From the NCBI GenBank assembly GCA_036498625.1, contig DASYFD010000162.1, forward strand, positions 140-64,139: DNA of 64,000 bases, in the 5' to 3' direction. Shown piece after piece: positions 16,738-26,624 of the stretch (positions within the stretch are counted from its first letter, which is position 1; every line of letters starts with the position of its first letter). The position numbers were made by a program, and so were the translations under genes. Below the pieces are notes generated by a model. That model was not told the origin of the DNA, ran no database searches, and saw only the letters and a program-made list of their open reading frames with translations. This DNA comes from Xanthobacteraceae bacterium (GTDB lineage: Bacteria; Pseudomonadota; Alphaproteobacteria; Rhizobiales; Xanthobacteraceae).

Positions 16738-17796
16738 TTAGTCGACAAGCCGGTAAGCCTCCCGCTTCGGCCGCTCGCTCACATGCGGCAGCACCTCGTG
16801 GCCGAGCTGGATCAGCAGATCCTCCACCTCCTGGCCGGGCTTCGGGAACGGCCACATGATGGTCTCCTGGATGCCGACCGCCTCCAGCGCCTTGAGACGC
16901 GCGACCACCTGCTTGGCGGTGCCCACGATCGACATGGTGTTGAAGATGCCGCGCGGCATCAGGCGCCGCAGCTCCGCCATCACCTCGGGCGACCATTCGT
17001 GCGGCGCCTCGTGCAGGAACTTGCGGAACTCATCCGGGACGTCGTCGCTGAGCTGGTCGACCATCTCGGTCATGCTCTTGCGGCTGCTCCAGAAGGCATG
17101 GCTCATGCCGCGCTTGATGTTGTCGGGGATCTCCTCGTCCTCGCGCTCCAGGATGGTGACATAGACCCAGGAGCAGAGCTGGATGTCCTTCCAGGTGCGG
17201 TTAGACTTGGTAAGGCCCTTCTGGATGTGGCCCTTGGCGTATTCGATGCCGGGGGCGGTCGCGAAGCTGCCGATCAGCACGCCCTCGCCGATCTCGCCGC
17301 CGAGCGCCAGGATGAGCGGGCTGCGGCTGGCGATGTACATTTCCGGGATCGACTGCGGCTCGAAGTCGAGCTTGCCGGCCTTGAACTTGATCAGCTCGCC
17401 GTCGAGCGTCACCCGCTCGCCCTTCCACAGCTGCCGCATCAGGCCGATGCCTTCGCGGATGCCCTTGACCGGTTTGGGATTGCTGATGGTGGGCAGCGTC
17501 TCGAAGTGGCTGCCGGCGCCCATGACCACGCGCAGGCGGCCGGGCGCGAGTTCGGCCAGCGTGGCGCAAGCCTGCGCCGACAAGGCCGGATGGCGCGTAT
17601 AGGGATCGGTCACGCAGAAGCCGAAGCCGATGCGCGACGTCATGCGGGTGGCGGCCGCGATCCGCACATAGGGATCGCGCGTCCACTTCTCGTCCGCATG
17701 CATGAAGGCGTGAAAATTGAGCTGCTCGGCGAGCTTCACCTGCTCCAGAAAGCGGACATTGGTTTCCTCGCCGAGCGAGCAGACGGATACTCTCAT
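16738..17796 (-). CDS. luciferase-like monooxygenase (LLM) class oxidoreductase, possibly F420-dependent
   Basis: 352-aa ORF with LLM/Mer-like sequence character. Cofactor assignment (F420 versus FMN) is inferred only from proximity to the F420 operon. Confidence 0.8.
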   Translation of the reverse strand: MRVSVCSLGEETNVRFLEQVKLAEQLNFHAFMHADEKWTRDPYVRIAAATRMTSRIGFGFCVTDPYTRHPALSAQACATLAELAPGRLRVVMGAGSHFETLPTISNPKPVKGIREGIGLMRQLWKGERVTLDGELIKFKAGKLDFEPQSIPEMYIASRSPLILALGGEIGEGVLIGSFATAPGIEYAKGHIQKGLTKSNRTWKDIQLCSWVYVTILEREDEEIPDNIKRGMSHAFWSSRKSMTEMVDQLSDDVPDEFRKFLHEAPHEWSPEVMAELRRLMPRGIFNTMSIVGTAKQVVARLKALEAVGIQETIMWPFPKPGQEVEDLLIQLGHEVLPHVSERPKREAYRLVD

Positions 17797-17850
17797 TGAT
17801 CAAGCCTCAATTCGAAATGAACTTTTTTGTGCGGGGAAGCCGAACGTTGC

Positions 17851-18012
17851 GCTCCTCGCCCCGCGAGCGGGGAGAGGGCAGCAAGCGCTGCCGATAGCCC
17901 GAACTCTGCCCGGTGAGGGGGCGTTTCCACGAGCTCAGACTCGCGGCGAGGCCCCCTCATCCCGACCTTCTCCCCGCACGCGGGGAGAAGGAGTGAGAGG
18001 CCGTGCGTCCCT
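17851..18012. repeat. REP-type double hairpin (CTCGCCCCGCGAGCGGGGAGAG ... CCTTCTCCCCGCACGCGGGGAGAAGG)
   Basis: Intergenic. Shares CCCCCTCATCCCG-CCTTCTCCCC...GGGGAGAAGGAGTGAGAGGC-TGCGTCCCT with 6131-6191. Confidence 0.75.
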
Positions 18013-18028
18013 GAATGCTCTGTCACCG

Positions 18029-19861
18029 TCATTTCTTGTCGACGCTGCGCAGGCCGCCGTATGAGGGGTAGGTCTTCGCCCACTCGCTCGGATAGGCGCG
18101 ATCGATGCCCTTGGTGAAGTAGGAGCCGACGGTGAGATCGATCGGCACGTCGATGATCCAGGGCCGGCGGCTGGCAATGGCCTTGCGCAAGGTCGGCCCG
18201 AGCAGCTCCGGGTCCTCGATGCGGGCGCCCTCGGCCCCGTAGGCGTGGGCGAGCTGCACGTAATCCGGATTGTAGCGCTCGCCGGTGTCCTTGCGGGTGA
18301 AGGTGCACCACGGATGCGAGCGCTGGTAGGAGCGCTCCATGCCTTTGCGCTCGATGCCGAACTCGTAATTGTTGAGGATCACCCAGATGGCCGGCAGATT
18401 GTACTCGACCGCGGTGCAGACCGCCTGGTTGACCAGGTTGAACGCGCCATCGCCGGTGAGCACGATCGCGGGCCGCGACGGATCGGCCGCCACCCCGCCC
18501 ACGACGCCGGACGCCGCCCAGCCCATCTCGGCCATGCCGGGGCTGATCTGCCAGGCGCCGGGCCGGCGAATCCGCATATAGGCCTCGGCGTATTGGGTGA
18601 CGTCGCCGATATCGATATAGGCGACGCCGTTCTCGCCCAGCGCCTCGCCGACCTCGTGGACCAGGCGGGCCGGATGCACCGGCGCGGTCTTGGCGTGCAG
18701 CAGCGGCTCGATCTCCTTGAGCCAGGCGGTGCGATAGCCGCGCGACTTCTTGATCCAGTCCTGATGCTTGAGGTTGGCTTTGCCGGCGGCGGCCAGATCC
18801 TCGAGGAACAGCCGCGCATCGCTCACCAGGCCGAGCTCGACCGGGAAGTTGCGGCCGATCTCGGTGCCGTCGACGTCGACCTGCACGATCTTGGTCTGGG
18901 TCACGTCGTAGATCGAGCCCTTGCGCCAGTTGGCGGTGTGATTGTCGGAGAAGCGGGCCCCGACCCCGACGATGAGATCGGCCTCGCGCGAAGCCTCCGC
19001 GGCGCTCGCCCAGCCGGAGCGGCCGAGCGTGCCGAGCGAGAGCGGATGATCCTCGGATATCTGGCCCTTGGCCGGCAGCGTGGTGGCGACCGGAATCTGC
19101 AGCTTCTCCACCGCGGCGCGCAGCGCATCGGCGGCTTCCGCCCGGATCACGCCGCCGCCGGCGAGCAGCAGGGGACGCTCCGCCTTTGCGATCATGTCGG
19201 CGACGCGGCGCACGCTGTCCTGGTCGGCACGCGCGCGGCCGAGCGTCGGCCCGCGCCGCAGCGGCGGCTCGATCTCGCCTTCGACCTCGGCCAATTGAAT
19301 GTCGTAGGGCAGCTGCACGAACACCGGGCCCGGCCGACCCGAGGTCGCGACCTTGACGGCGGTATTGAGCACCTCAATGGCGCTGTCGGGCCGGATGATC
19401 AGCCAGCAGCCTTTCACCACCGGGCGGAACACGTTCAGGGCGTCCTCGTGCCCGTGATAGAAAATCTCCTGCATGCCGGCCTTGCCCATGAAATGGGTGG
19501 TGCCGGAGCCGGCGATGATCAGCACCGGGGCGGAATCGTGCATGGCGCTGGCGGCGGCGCCGACCGCATTCAAGAGGCCCGGGCCCTTGTTGATAATGAC
19601 GGGCGCCATCTTGCCGGTGAGGCGGTAGTACATGTCCGCCATATGCACCGCATGGGCCTCGTGCTTGGCCTGGATGCCTTCGAGCGTATTGGTCTTCGGC
19701 GTAAGGGCATCCAGGAACGGCCAGATCGAGCCCCCGGCATATCCAAAATACTTATGGAATCCAGCAACTTCGAACCAATCGGCAATCGCGTCTACGACCC
19801 GCACGGCGTCTCCGATCGTACCTTTGAGGAGCACAATTTGCGGCGTGACGTTTTGCAACAA
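18029..19861 (-). CDS. thiamine-diphosphate-dependent enzyme (acetolactate synthase-like fold)
   Basis: 610-aa ORF. Contains the TPP motif GDGAFNL...VILNNYEFG. Start is uncertain: TTG at 19861 or GTG at 19834. Neither has a good SD. Confidence 0.85.
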   Translation of the reverse strand: MLQNVTPQIVLLKGTIGDAVRVVDAIADWFEVAGFHKYFGYAGGSIWPFLDALTPKTNTLEGIQAKHEAHAVHMADMYYRLTGKMAPVIINKGPGLLNAVGAAASAMHDSAPVLIIAGSGTTHFMGKAGMQEIFYHGHEDALNVFRPVVKGCWLIIRPDSAIEVLNTAVKVATSGRPGPVFVQLPYDIQLAEVEGEIEPPLRRGPTLGRARADQDSVRRVADMIAKAERPLLLAGGGVIRAEAADALRAAVEKLQIPVATTLPAKGQISEDHPLSLGTLGRSGWASAAEASREADLIVGVGARFSDNHTANWRKGSIYDVTQTKIVQVDVDGTEIGRNFPVELGLVSDARLFLEDLAAAGKANLKHQDWIKKSRGYRTAWLKEIEPLLHAKTAPVHPARLVHEVGEALGENGVAYIDIGDVTQYAEAYMRIRRPGAWQISPGMAEMGWAASGVVGGVAADPSRPAIVLTGDGAFNLVNQAVCTAVEYNLPAIWVILNNYEFGIERKGMERSYQRSHPWCTFTRKDTGERYNPDYVQLAHAYGAEGARIEDPELLGPTLRKAIASRRPWIIDVPIDLTVGSYFTKGIDRAYPSEWAKTYPSYGGLRSVDKK

Positions 19862-20042
19862 TTTTCGTTGCTGTCAACCATTCATTTGGCAACAAAAAGT
19901 GGTTTTCAGCGCCAGGCCGCAGGCAATATAGCGCCCCGCTAGGTTCCGAGAAACCTGGCCTGCCGCTGCCTTAACCTGCCACCGCCGGCGCAGGTGGCAA
20001 CGAAAATGTCGCAGCGAAAGGTGATGCAACGAATATTGTTGC
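19855..20042. promoter_or_regulatory. divergent control region with two perfect and two degenerate GCAAC-N7-GTTGC sites
   Basis: Perfect sites: GCAACAATTTTCGTTGC (19855-19871) and GCAACGAATATTGTTGC (20026-20042). Degenerate sites: GCAACAAAAAGTGGTTT (19889-19905) and GCAACGAAAATGTCGCA (19997-20013). Confidence 0.4.
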
Positions 20043-20099
20043 GAAATCCAGATCGTGCGATAACATCAGGCAAGCGGACATCGGCCGGGGATCGCCCAC

Positions 20100-21092
20100 A
20101 TGCACGATCGATTGCGGGGTACTGCGCTTGGCGTGATCGCGGCGTTGACGCTCGCCTCGTTCGGCGCGCCGGCCGCTCGCGCCCAGACGGACGAGATCAG
20201 CACCTATCCGAACCGGCCGATCCATATCGTGGCAGCCGCGGCGGCCGGCGGCACCATGGACGTGGTGGCGCGGCTGATCGGCCAGAAGCTGAACGAAAGG
20301 TTCGGCCAGCCGGTGATCATCGACAACCGGCCCGGCGCCTCGACCATCATCGGCACCGAATATGTGGCGCGCGCGCCGGCCGACGGCTACACGCTGCTCA
20401 GCGCCCCGCTCGCCTCCATCGTGGTGAACCCCGCCGTCTATCCGAAGCTGCGGTACGGCGTGCGCGATTTCGCCCCCGTCTCGATCGTGGGGTCGTATCC
20501 GTTCATCCTGGCGGTCACCAACTCCGCCCCGGTCAAAAGCGTGCGCGAGTTGATCGATTACACCAAGGCGCATCCCGAGAAGGCAAATGCCGGCGGCGGG
20601 ACGGTGTCCTTTCAGCTCATGACCGAGCTGTTCAAGCTGCGCACCGGGGCTCCCATTCAATACATTCCCTACAAGGGGATGAGCGAGGTCACGCTCGCCT
20701 TGATATCGGGCGAGCTCTTGATGTCTTTCGTCACCGCGACCAGCGCCTCGCAGATCAAGGGCGGAAATATCCGCGCCCTGGCGGTCGCGGCGCCCGCCCG
20801 CGTTCCGTCATTTCCGGATCTGCCGACCCTGGCGGAAGCCGGCGTTCCGGACATGTCGGCGGTGAGCTGGGCCGGCATCGTGGCCCCGGCCCGGACGCCG
20901 GACGAGATCGTGAAAAAGCTGGAGCGCGAGATCGTCCGCATCGTCAAGCTGCCCGACATTCAAGCGAAGCTGCGTCTGGAGGAGCTCGATCCGGTCGGCA
21001 ACACGTCGGCTGAATTCGCCCGCATCATTGCCGACGATTCGGTGACCTGGTCGGCGGCGGCCAAGGCTGCCCACATCAGCCTCGAGCAGTAG
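20100..21092 (+). CDS. Bug-family (TctC-like) tripartite tricarboxylate transporter substrate-binding protein
   Basis: 330-aa ORF. Signal peptide, then YPNRPIHIVAAAAAGGTMDVVAR...DNRPGAS...APADGYTLL. Confidence 0.9.
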   Translation: MHDRLRGTALGVIAALTLASFGAPAARAQTDEISTYPNRPIHIVAAAAAGGTMDVVARLIGQKLNERFGQPVIIDNRPGASTIIGTEYVARAPADGYTLLSAPLASIVVNPAVYPKLRYGVRDFAPVSIVGSYPFILAVTNSAPVKSVRELIDYTKAHPEKANAGGGTVSFQLMTELFKLRTGAPIQYIPYKGMSEVTLALISGELLMSFVTATSASQIKGGNIRALAVAAPARVPSFPDLPTLAEAGVPDMSAVSWAGIVAPARTPDEIVKKLEREIVRIVKLPDIQAKLRLEELDPVGNTSAEFARIIADDSVTWSAAAKAAHISLEQ

Positions 21093-21226
21093 CCCGATGT
21101 TCCCGCACCATTCGGCCGATCGGGACGCGGCGACATGACCCGCGTGCAGTCGCTGGCCGACGCCAGTAGGCGCCTGCCCACGGCAAGATCGAGCAACAAT
21201 CAAACAGCAAGACCAAGGAGAGCTGA

Positions 21227-21781
21227 ATGAGTCGCGTCCCTGACGTCACGCCCGACATGTACACGGCCGAGCAGAAGCGGGTCGGCGACGAGATCGGCAA
21301 ATTGCGCCGCGGTCTCGCCCGCGGACCCTATGCGATCTGGATCCGAATTCCGGAGGTGGCCGAGCTCGCCAGCAAGCTCGGCAACATGATCCGTCTCAAG
21401 AGCATGCTGGAGCGGCGTTTGTTCGAGCTGATGGTGCTGATCGTGGCGCGCACCTGGTCGGCGCAATTCGAGTGGTTCGCGCACGAGCCTTATGGGCACG
21501 AGTTCGGCATCGAGCCCGACATCATCGAGGCCATTCGAAACGGGCGAGTGCCGTCCTTCAAGCGGGAGGAGGAGCAGGTCGTCTACGACATCATTACGGA
21601 GCTGCAGGCGAAGCGCTCGCTGAGCCAGCCGAGCTTCGATCGCGCGCTCGCCAAGCTGGGGTTGCAGCCGCTGGTCGAGCTGATCGCCGGCGCCGGCTAC
21701 GCCACCATGCTGGCGATGACGCTCAGGACATTCGAGGTGCAGGCGCCGGACGGAAAGCGGCCGCTGCCGGACTTGCCGTGA
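21227..21781 (+). CDS. carboxymuconolactone decarboxylase (AhpD-like) family protein
   Basis: 184-aa ORF with a strong SD (AAGGAGAG). The helical AhpD/CMD-like pattern ARTWSAQFEWFAHEP is present. Confidence 0.75.
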   Translation: MSRVPDVTPDMYTAEQKRVGDEIGKLRRGLARGPYAIWIRIPEVAELASKLGNMIRLKSMLERRLFELMVLIVARTWSAQFEWFAHEPYGHEFGIEPDIIEAIRNGRVPSFKREEEQVVYDIITELQAKRSLSQPSFDRALAKLGLQPLVELIAGAGYATMLAMTLRTFEVQAPDGKRPLPDLP

Positions 21782-21896
21782 CGCGGCGGCGCCGGCCAAT
21801 TCCCTTTCGTCTTTCTCGCCGGCTTGCGCGCCAAAGACGATCTGAACGCTGCGCCGCAGCCTTCAACCGTTTCCTGCAACCATAGGCGCCGACAGC

Positions 21897-22895
21897 ATGC
21901 CGTCAGCTCGCAGAATCGACGTTCACTTTCATACAATCCCAGTCTTCTACCAGGAGGCGGTCATTGCGGCGGGCCTTGGACCCACGCGCCGCAGCGGTTA
22001 CCCGCCATGCTCGCCCGAGGCCGCGCTCGAGATGATGGATGCAAACGGCATCGATTATGCGATCGCGTCGGTGTCGATGCCGGGCGTGCAGTTTTGCGAG
22101 CCCGGCAAGGCCAAGGCTCTGGCCCGCAGGCTCAATGAGCACGCGGCCGAGCAAAGAGCGCGCTGGCCCGGCCGTTTCGGAGGATTTGCGATCATTCCGA
22201 TGCGCAACGCCGACGATGCAATCGCGGAAATCGCCTATGCGCTGGACGTCCTGAAGCTCGAAGGCGTTTGCCTCTTTACCAACTATGACGGAACCTATCT
22301 GGGAGATCCTCTATTTGATCCGGTTCTGGAGGCGCTCAACGGACATGGCGCGGTCGTCTACACGCACCCGAACATTCACCCGTCGAGCCGCACCATCCCG
22401 CTGAAATATCCCGGCTTCCTGATGGAATACCCGTTCGACACGACCCGAATGGCGGTCCATCTCATCTTGACGGGCGCGCTCGACCGCTTTCCCGGCATCA
22501 AGTTCATCCTCTCCCATGGGGGCGGGACTTTGCCCTACCTGCGGTGGCGCATTGGCTCCGGCCCGGGCGTCGATGAGGGTTTGCCGCAATGGCCGCGTGA
22601 GAAGTTCGCCGATTATTTCAGCCGGTTCTGGTACGACAATGCGATCGCGTGCGATCCGCCGGCGACGGCGGCGATGAAGAGCATCGCCGGGCTGGACAAG
22701 GTCCTGTTCGGCACCGACTGGCCGTTCATTCCTGCTCGCCTCATCGCCGAGCAGGTCGCAACCCATGTCCTGCCTTCCACGCACACCGACATCGAGCGCG
22801 CGGCGATCGATCGCGGCAATGCGCTCAAGCTGTGGCCGCACCTGGCGACAGACAGTGCGCACTCATCCCAAAGCGCGGCGCCGATCGGGGCCTGA
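21897..22895 (+). CDS. amidohydrolase-2 family protein (ACMSD/resorcylate decarboxylase-like)
   Basis: 332-aa ORF. RIDVHFHTIP (the HxH metal motif at the N-terminus), ILSHGGG and FGTDWPF are typical of the family. Confidence 0.85.
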   Translation: MPSARRIDVHFHTIPVFYQEAVIAAGLGPTRRSGYPPCSPEAALEMMDANGIDYAIASVSMPGVQFCEPGKAKALARRLNEHAAEQRARWPGRFGGFAIIPMRNADDAIAEIAYALDVLKLEGVCLFTNYDGTYLGDPLFDPVLEALNGHGAVVYTHPNIHPSSRTIPLKYPGFLMEYPFDTTRMAVHLILTGALDRFPGIKFILSHGGGTLPYLRWRIGSGPGVDEGLPQWPREKFADYFSRFWYDNAIACDPPATAAMKSIAGLDKVLFGTDWPFIPARLIAEQVATHVLPSTHTDIERAAIDRGNALKLWPHLATDSAHSSQSAAPIGA

Positions 22896-22953
22896 TCGAG
22901 CAACGGGCTGCGATCGATCGCGCAGGCTGATCGGCATGCTCAGGAGGTAGGAG

Positions 22954-23799
22954 GTGGCGGGCGATTTCTCCGGGTGGATTGGCCGGACCGAGGCGGTCGA
23001 GGACGTTCTCACGCCCGCCACGGCGCGATCCCTGCTGGCGACCCTTGACCAGGATCCGGATGCCGCCGCGGGAGATTTCGCCCCGCAGTCGATCCATTGG
23101 TGCCTCGCGGTCCCGGGGGCGCGCATGAGCGATCTCGGCATCGACGGCCACCCCAGGACCGGCGGATTCCTGCCGCCCGCGCCGTTCTCGCGCCGGATGT
23201 GGGCTTCTAGCGCGGTGGAATTTCTCGCACCGATCCGCGTCGGGTCCTCGGTCCGGCGAATCTCGAAAATCGCCGCCGTCACGGAGAAGGCCGGAAGCTC
23301 CGGCCGCCTCATGTTTGTGGATGTCGATCACGCCATCTCGGCGAATGGCTCGCCGGCTGTGCGGGAGCGACAGACGATCGTTTACCGCGAGGCGAGGGCT
23401 GGCTCCGGATCGAGCAAGGCCGAGCCGAGGGATCTGGCCAGCTGGACCTGGCAAAGGGAGGTCACTCCTGATGAGGTGATGTTGTTCCGGTATTCGGCGC
23501 TGACTTTCAACGGCCATCGCATCCACTACGATCTCCCCTACGCCACGACCGTTGAGGGTTATGCGGGCCTCGTGGTGCAGGGTCCGCTGGTGGCGACGCT
23601 TCTGCTCGACCTCTGCGCCCGTCAGCTTGGCGCGGACGCACTGTCGCGTTTCGCCTTTCGGGCGGTTGCGCCGGCATTTGCCGGAGTGCCCTTGAGGCTC
23701 AAGGCGCGAAGGGACGGATCCTCGCTCGCGCTGGCGGCCTTCGGGCACCCAGGCTATCTCGTCATGACGGCCGAAGCGGACATCAGGGAAAGACTTTGA
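22954..23799 (+). CDS. MaoC-like / double hot-dog acyl-CoA hydratase
   Basis: 281-aa ORF. GTG start preceded by AGGAGGTAGGAG. RYSALTFNGHRIHYD...EGYAGLVVQGPL is characteristic of MaoC-like hydratases. Confidence 0.75.
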   Translation: MAGDFSGWIGRTEAVEDVLTPATARSLLATLDQDPDAAAGDFAPQSIHWCLAVPGARMSDLGIDGHPRTGGFLPPAPFSRRMWASSAVEFLAPIRVGSSVRRISKIAAVTEKAGSSGRLMFVDVDHAISANGSPAVRERQTIVYREARAGSGSSKAEPRDLASWTWQREVTPDEVMLFRYSALTFNGHRIHYDLPYATTVEGYAGLVVQGPLVATLLLDLCARQLGADALSRFAFRAVAPAFAGVPLRLKARRDGSSLALAAFGHPGYLVMTAEADIRERL

Positions 23800-23847
23800 T
23801 GTTTGCCGGGCACCGCTCGCCGCTTTTTGTCATCAGAGGTAACCGCA

Positions 23848-25284
23848 ATGGCTGAGTACCCCAATGTTTTGCTTTTCATTGACGGCGCGTGGTGCAACGG
23901 CGCGGCCGGTGCCACGATCGCGGTGACCAACCCGGCGACCGGCGAGGCGATCGGCAATGTTGCACGGGCCGAGCACGGCGATCTCGATCGAGCACTAGCT
24001 GCCGCCGAGCGGGGCTTCGTGACCTGGCGCAAGGTCTCCGCCTACGATCGGGGACGGGTCTTGCGCAAGGCCGCCGATCTCATGCGTGCCCGGGCCGATG
24101 CGATCGCAGCGGTCCTGACCCGCGAGCACGGCAAGCCGCAGGCCGAGGCCAAGGGCGAGGTGGGAAGCGGCGCCGACATTCTCGATTGGTTCGCCGAGGA
24201 GGCGCGGCGCACCTATGGGCGGGTGATCCCGGCGCGCAGCGAGACGGTGCAGCAGATCGTGGTGAAGGAGCCGGTCGGGCCGGTTGCTGCCTTCACGCCC
24301 TGGAACTTTCCCATCAACCAGGCCGCCCGCAAGGTGGCGGCGGCGCTGGCGGCCGGCTGCTCGGTGATCCTCAAGGGGCCGGAGGAAACGCCGGCCAGCT
24401 GCGCCGCCCTGGTGCAGGCACTGGCGGATGCCGGCCTGCCGGCCGGCGTGCTCAATCTGGTCTACGGGGTGCCGGCGGACATCTCCGGCTACCTGATCCC
24501 GCACCGGATCATCCGCAAGGTTTCCTTCACCGGCTCGGTGCCGGTCGGCAAGCATCTCGCCGCCATGGCCGGGCAATACATGAAGCGGGTCACCATGGAG
24601 CTCGGCGGCCATTCCCCCGCGATCGTGTTCGCAGATGCGGACCTTGATGTGGCAGCCAGGATTCTCAGCGCCAACAAGTATCGCAACGCCGGCCAGGTCT
24701 GCGTGTCGCCGACGCGTTTTCTGGTCCACGACCAGCTCTATGAGCCGTTCGTCGATCGCTTCGTGGCCGCCAAGGCGGTGACGGTCGGCGACGGAATGAC
24801 GGCCGGGGTCGCCATGGGGCCGCTCGCGACCGCGCGCCGGGTCGAGGCGATGGAAAGCTTCATCGCTGACGCGGTGGCGAAAGGCGCCAAGCTACGCACC
24901 GGCGGCCGGCGCATCGGCAATACCGGCTATTTCTTCGAGCCCACCGTGCTCACCGACGTGCCGCAGGACGCCCGCGTGATGAACGAGGAGCCGTTCGGGC
25001 CGATCGCCATCATGATGCCGTTCACCAGCTTCGAGGAAGCGATCACCGAGGCCAACCGGCTGCCCTACGGGCTTGCCGCCTACGCGTATACGCGATCGCT
25101 GAAAACCGCGGCTGCGGTCGCGGCTGCGCTCGAATCCGGTACGGTCTCGATCAACCACCACGGCCTCGCCCCGATCGAAACCCCGCTCGGCGGCGTCAAG
25201 GATTCCGGCTACGGCTCGGAAGGCGGCGCCGAGGCGATCGAGGCCTATCTGGTGACCAAGTTCGTGACCCAGACCGGGCTGTGA
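23848..25284 (+). CDS. NAD(P)-dependent aldehyde dehydrogenase (succinate-semialdehyde DH-like)
   Basis: Start chosen at MAEYPNVLLFIDG (SD AGAGG). FTPWNFP, ELGGHSP and NAGQVCVSPTR (catalytic Cys) motifs are present. Confidence 0.9.
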   Translation: MAEYPNVLLFIDGAWCNGAAGATIAVTNPATGEAIGNVARAEHGDLDRALAAAERGFVTWRKVSAYDRGRVLRKAADLMRARADAIAAVLTREHGKPQAEAKGEVGSGADILDWFAEEARRTYGRVIPARSETVQQIVVKEPVGPVAAFTPWNFPINQAARKVAAALAAGCSVILKGPEETPASCAALVQALADAGLPAGVLNLVYGVPADISGYLIPHRIIRKVSFTGSVPVGKHLAAMAGQYMKRVTMELGGHSPAIVFADADLDVAARILSANKYRNAGQVCVSPTRFLVHDQLYEPFVDRFVAAKAVTVGDGMTAGVAMGPLATARRVEAMESFIADAVAKGAKLRTGGRRIGNTGYFFEPTVLTDVPQDARVMNEEPFGPIAIMMPFTSFEEAITEANRLPYGLAAYAYTRSLKTAAAVAAALESGTVSINHHGLAPIETPLGGVKDSGYGSEGGAEAIEAYLVTKFVTQTGL

Positions 25285-25321
25285 CGACCTTGTCGCCAAC
25301 GAAGCGGTCCCTGAGCCAATC

Positions 25322-26497
25322 ATGAATCTGCACGTGGACGTTCTCGACGGCACCGCGCATGCGGAGATTCGCGACCAAGTACGCAAGCTGTGCTCCGGCT
25401 TCCCGGGTGAGTACTGGCGCGCGCTCGATCGGGATGGCGCCTATCCTAAGGATTTCGTCGGCGCGCTCACGGCGGCTGGTTACCTCTCGGCGCTCATCCC
25501 GGAAGAGTATGGCGGTTCGGGCCTGCCGCTGTCGGCCGCCGCCGGGATTCTCGAGGAGATCCATCGCTGCGGATGCAACGCCGCGGCGTGCCACGCGCAA
25601 ATGTACATCATGGGCACCTTGCTGCGGCACGGAAGCGACGCGCAGAAGCAGATGTATCTGCCTTCGATCGCCCGCGGCGAGCTCCGGTTGCAGGCCTTCG
25701 GGGTGACCGAGCCGTCGAGCGGCAGCGACACCACCTCGATCAAGACGTTTGCGCGGCGCGATGGCGATGGCTACGTCGTCAACGGCCAGAAGATATGGAC
25801 ATCGCGCGCCGAGCATTCGGACTTGCTGTTGTTGCTTGCCCGCACGACGCCCCGCGACCAGCTTGCCAGGCGCACCGATGGCCTGTCGGTATTCCTGGTG
25901 GACCTCCGGGAGGCGAAGCAGGGTGGGCTTTCGATCCGGCCGATCCGCACCATGATGAATCATTCCACCACCGAGGTGTTCTTCGACAACGTGCGGATTC
26001 CCGCGGCCAATCTGATCGGGGAGGAGGGGCGCGGATTTCGCTACATCCTATCCGGCATGAATGCCGAACGCGTGCTGATCGCCGCCGAATGCATCGGCGA
26101 TGCCAAATGGTTCATCGATAAGGCGACCGCCTACGCGCGCGATCGTTCGGTGTTCGGCCGGCCGATCGGCCAGAACCAGGGCATCCAGTTTCCCATCGCC
26201 AAGGCCTACGCGCAGATGCGGGCGGCCGAGCTCATGGTCCATCGCGCGGCCGCCCTCTTCGAACAGGGTCGCGACTGCGCCGGCGAGGCCAACATGGCAA
26301 AAATGCTGGCGGCCGAGGCTTCCTGGGCGGCAGCGGAAGCCTGCCTGCAGACCCATGGGGGATTCGGCTTTGCGGAGGAGTACGACGTGGAGCGCAAGTT
26401 CCGCGAGGCGCGGCTTTATCAGGTGGCGCCGATCTCGACCAATCTCATCCTCTCCTATCTGGCCGAGCACGTGCTGGGTCTCCCGCGATCCTTTTGA
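25322..26497 (+). CDS. acyl-CoA dehydrogenase
   Basis: 391-aa ORF. GVTEPSSGSD, QKIWTS and QTHGGFGFAEEYDVERKFREARL motifs are present. Confidence 0.9.
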   Translation: MNLHVDVLDGTAHAEIRDQVRKLCSGFPGEYWRALDRDGAYPKDFVGALTAAGYLSALIPEEYGGSGLPLSAAAGILEEIHRCGCNAAACHAQMYIMGTLLRHGSDAQKQMYLPSIARGELRLQAFGVTEPSSGSDTTSIKTFARRDGDGYVVNGQKIWTSRAEHSDLLLLLARTTPRDQLARRTDGLSVFLVDLREAKQGGLSIRPIRTMMNHSTTEVFFDNVRIPAANLIGEEGRGFRYILSGMNAERVLIAAECIGDAKWFIDKATAYARDRSVFGRPIGQNQGIQFPIAKAYAQMRAAELMVHRAAALFEQGRDCAGEANMAKMLAAEASWAAAEACLQTHGGFGFAEEYDVERKFREARLYQVAPISTNLILSYLAEHVLGLPRSF

Positions 26498-26561
26498 ACG
26501 CGTGACTACCCGCCACGGCGCTTAGGAAAGCCCCGCGACCCGCGGGCCCGTGGCAAGGCCA

Positions 26562-26613
26562 CATTGGGGATATTGACCGGCATCTCCCCAATGGTCTATG
26601 GTTAGTCCATAGA
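26562..26613. promoter_or_regulatory. two inverted repeats upstream of the GntR gene (CATTGGGGA-N14-TCCCCAATG and TCTATGG-N4-CCATAGA)
   Basis: Seen directly at 26562-26593 and 26596-26613, ending 12 nt before the GntR start codon. Candidate autoregulatory operator. Confidence 0.35.
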
Positions 26614-26624
26614 GGACTTCCGCC

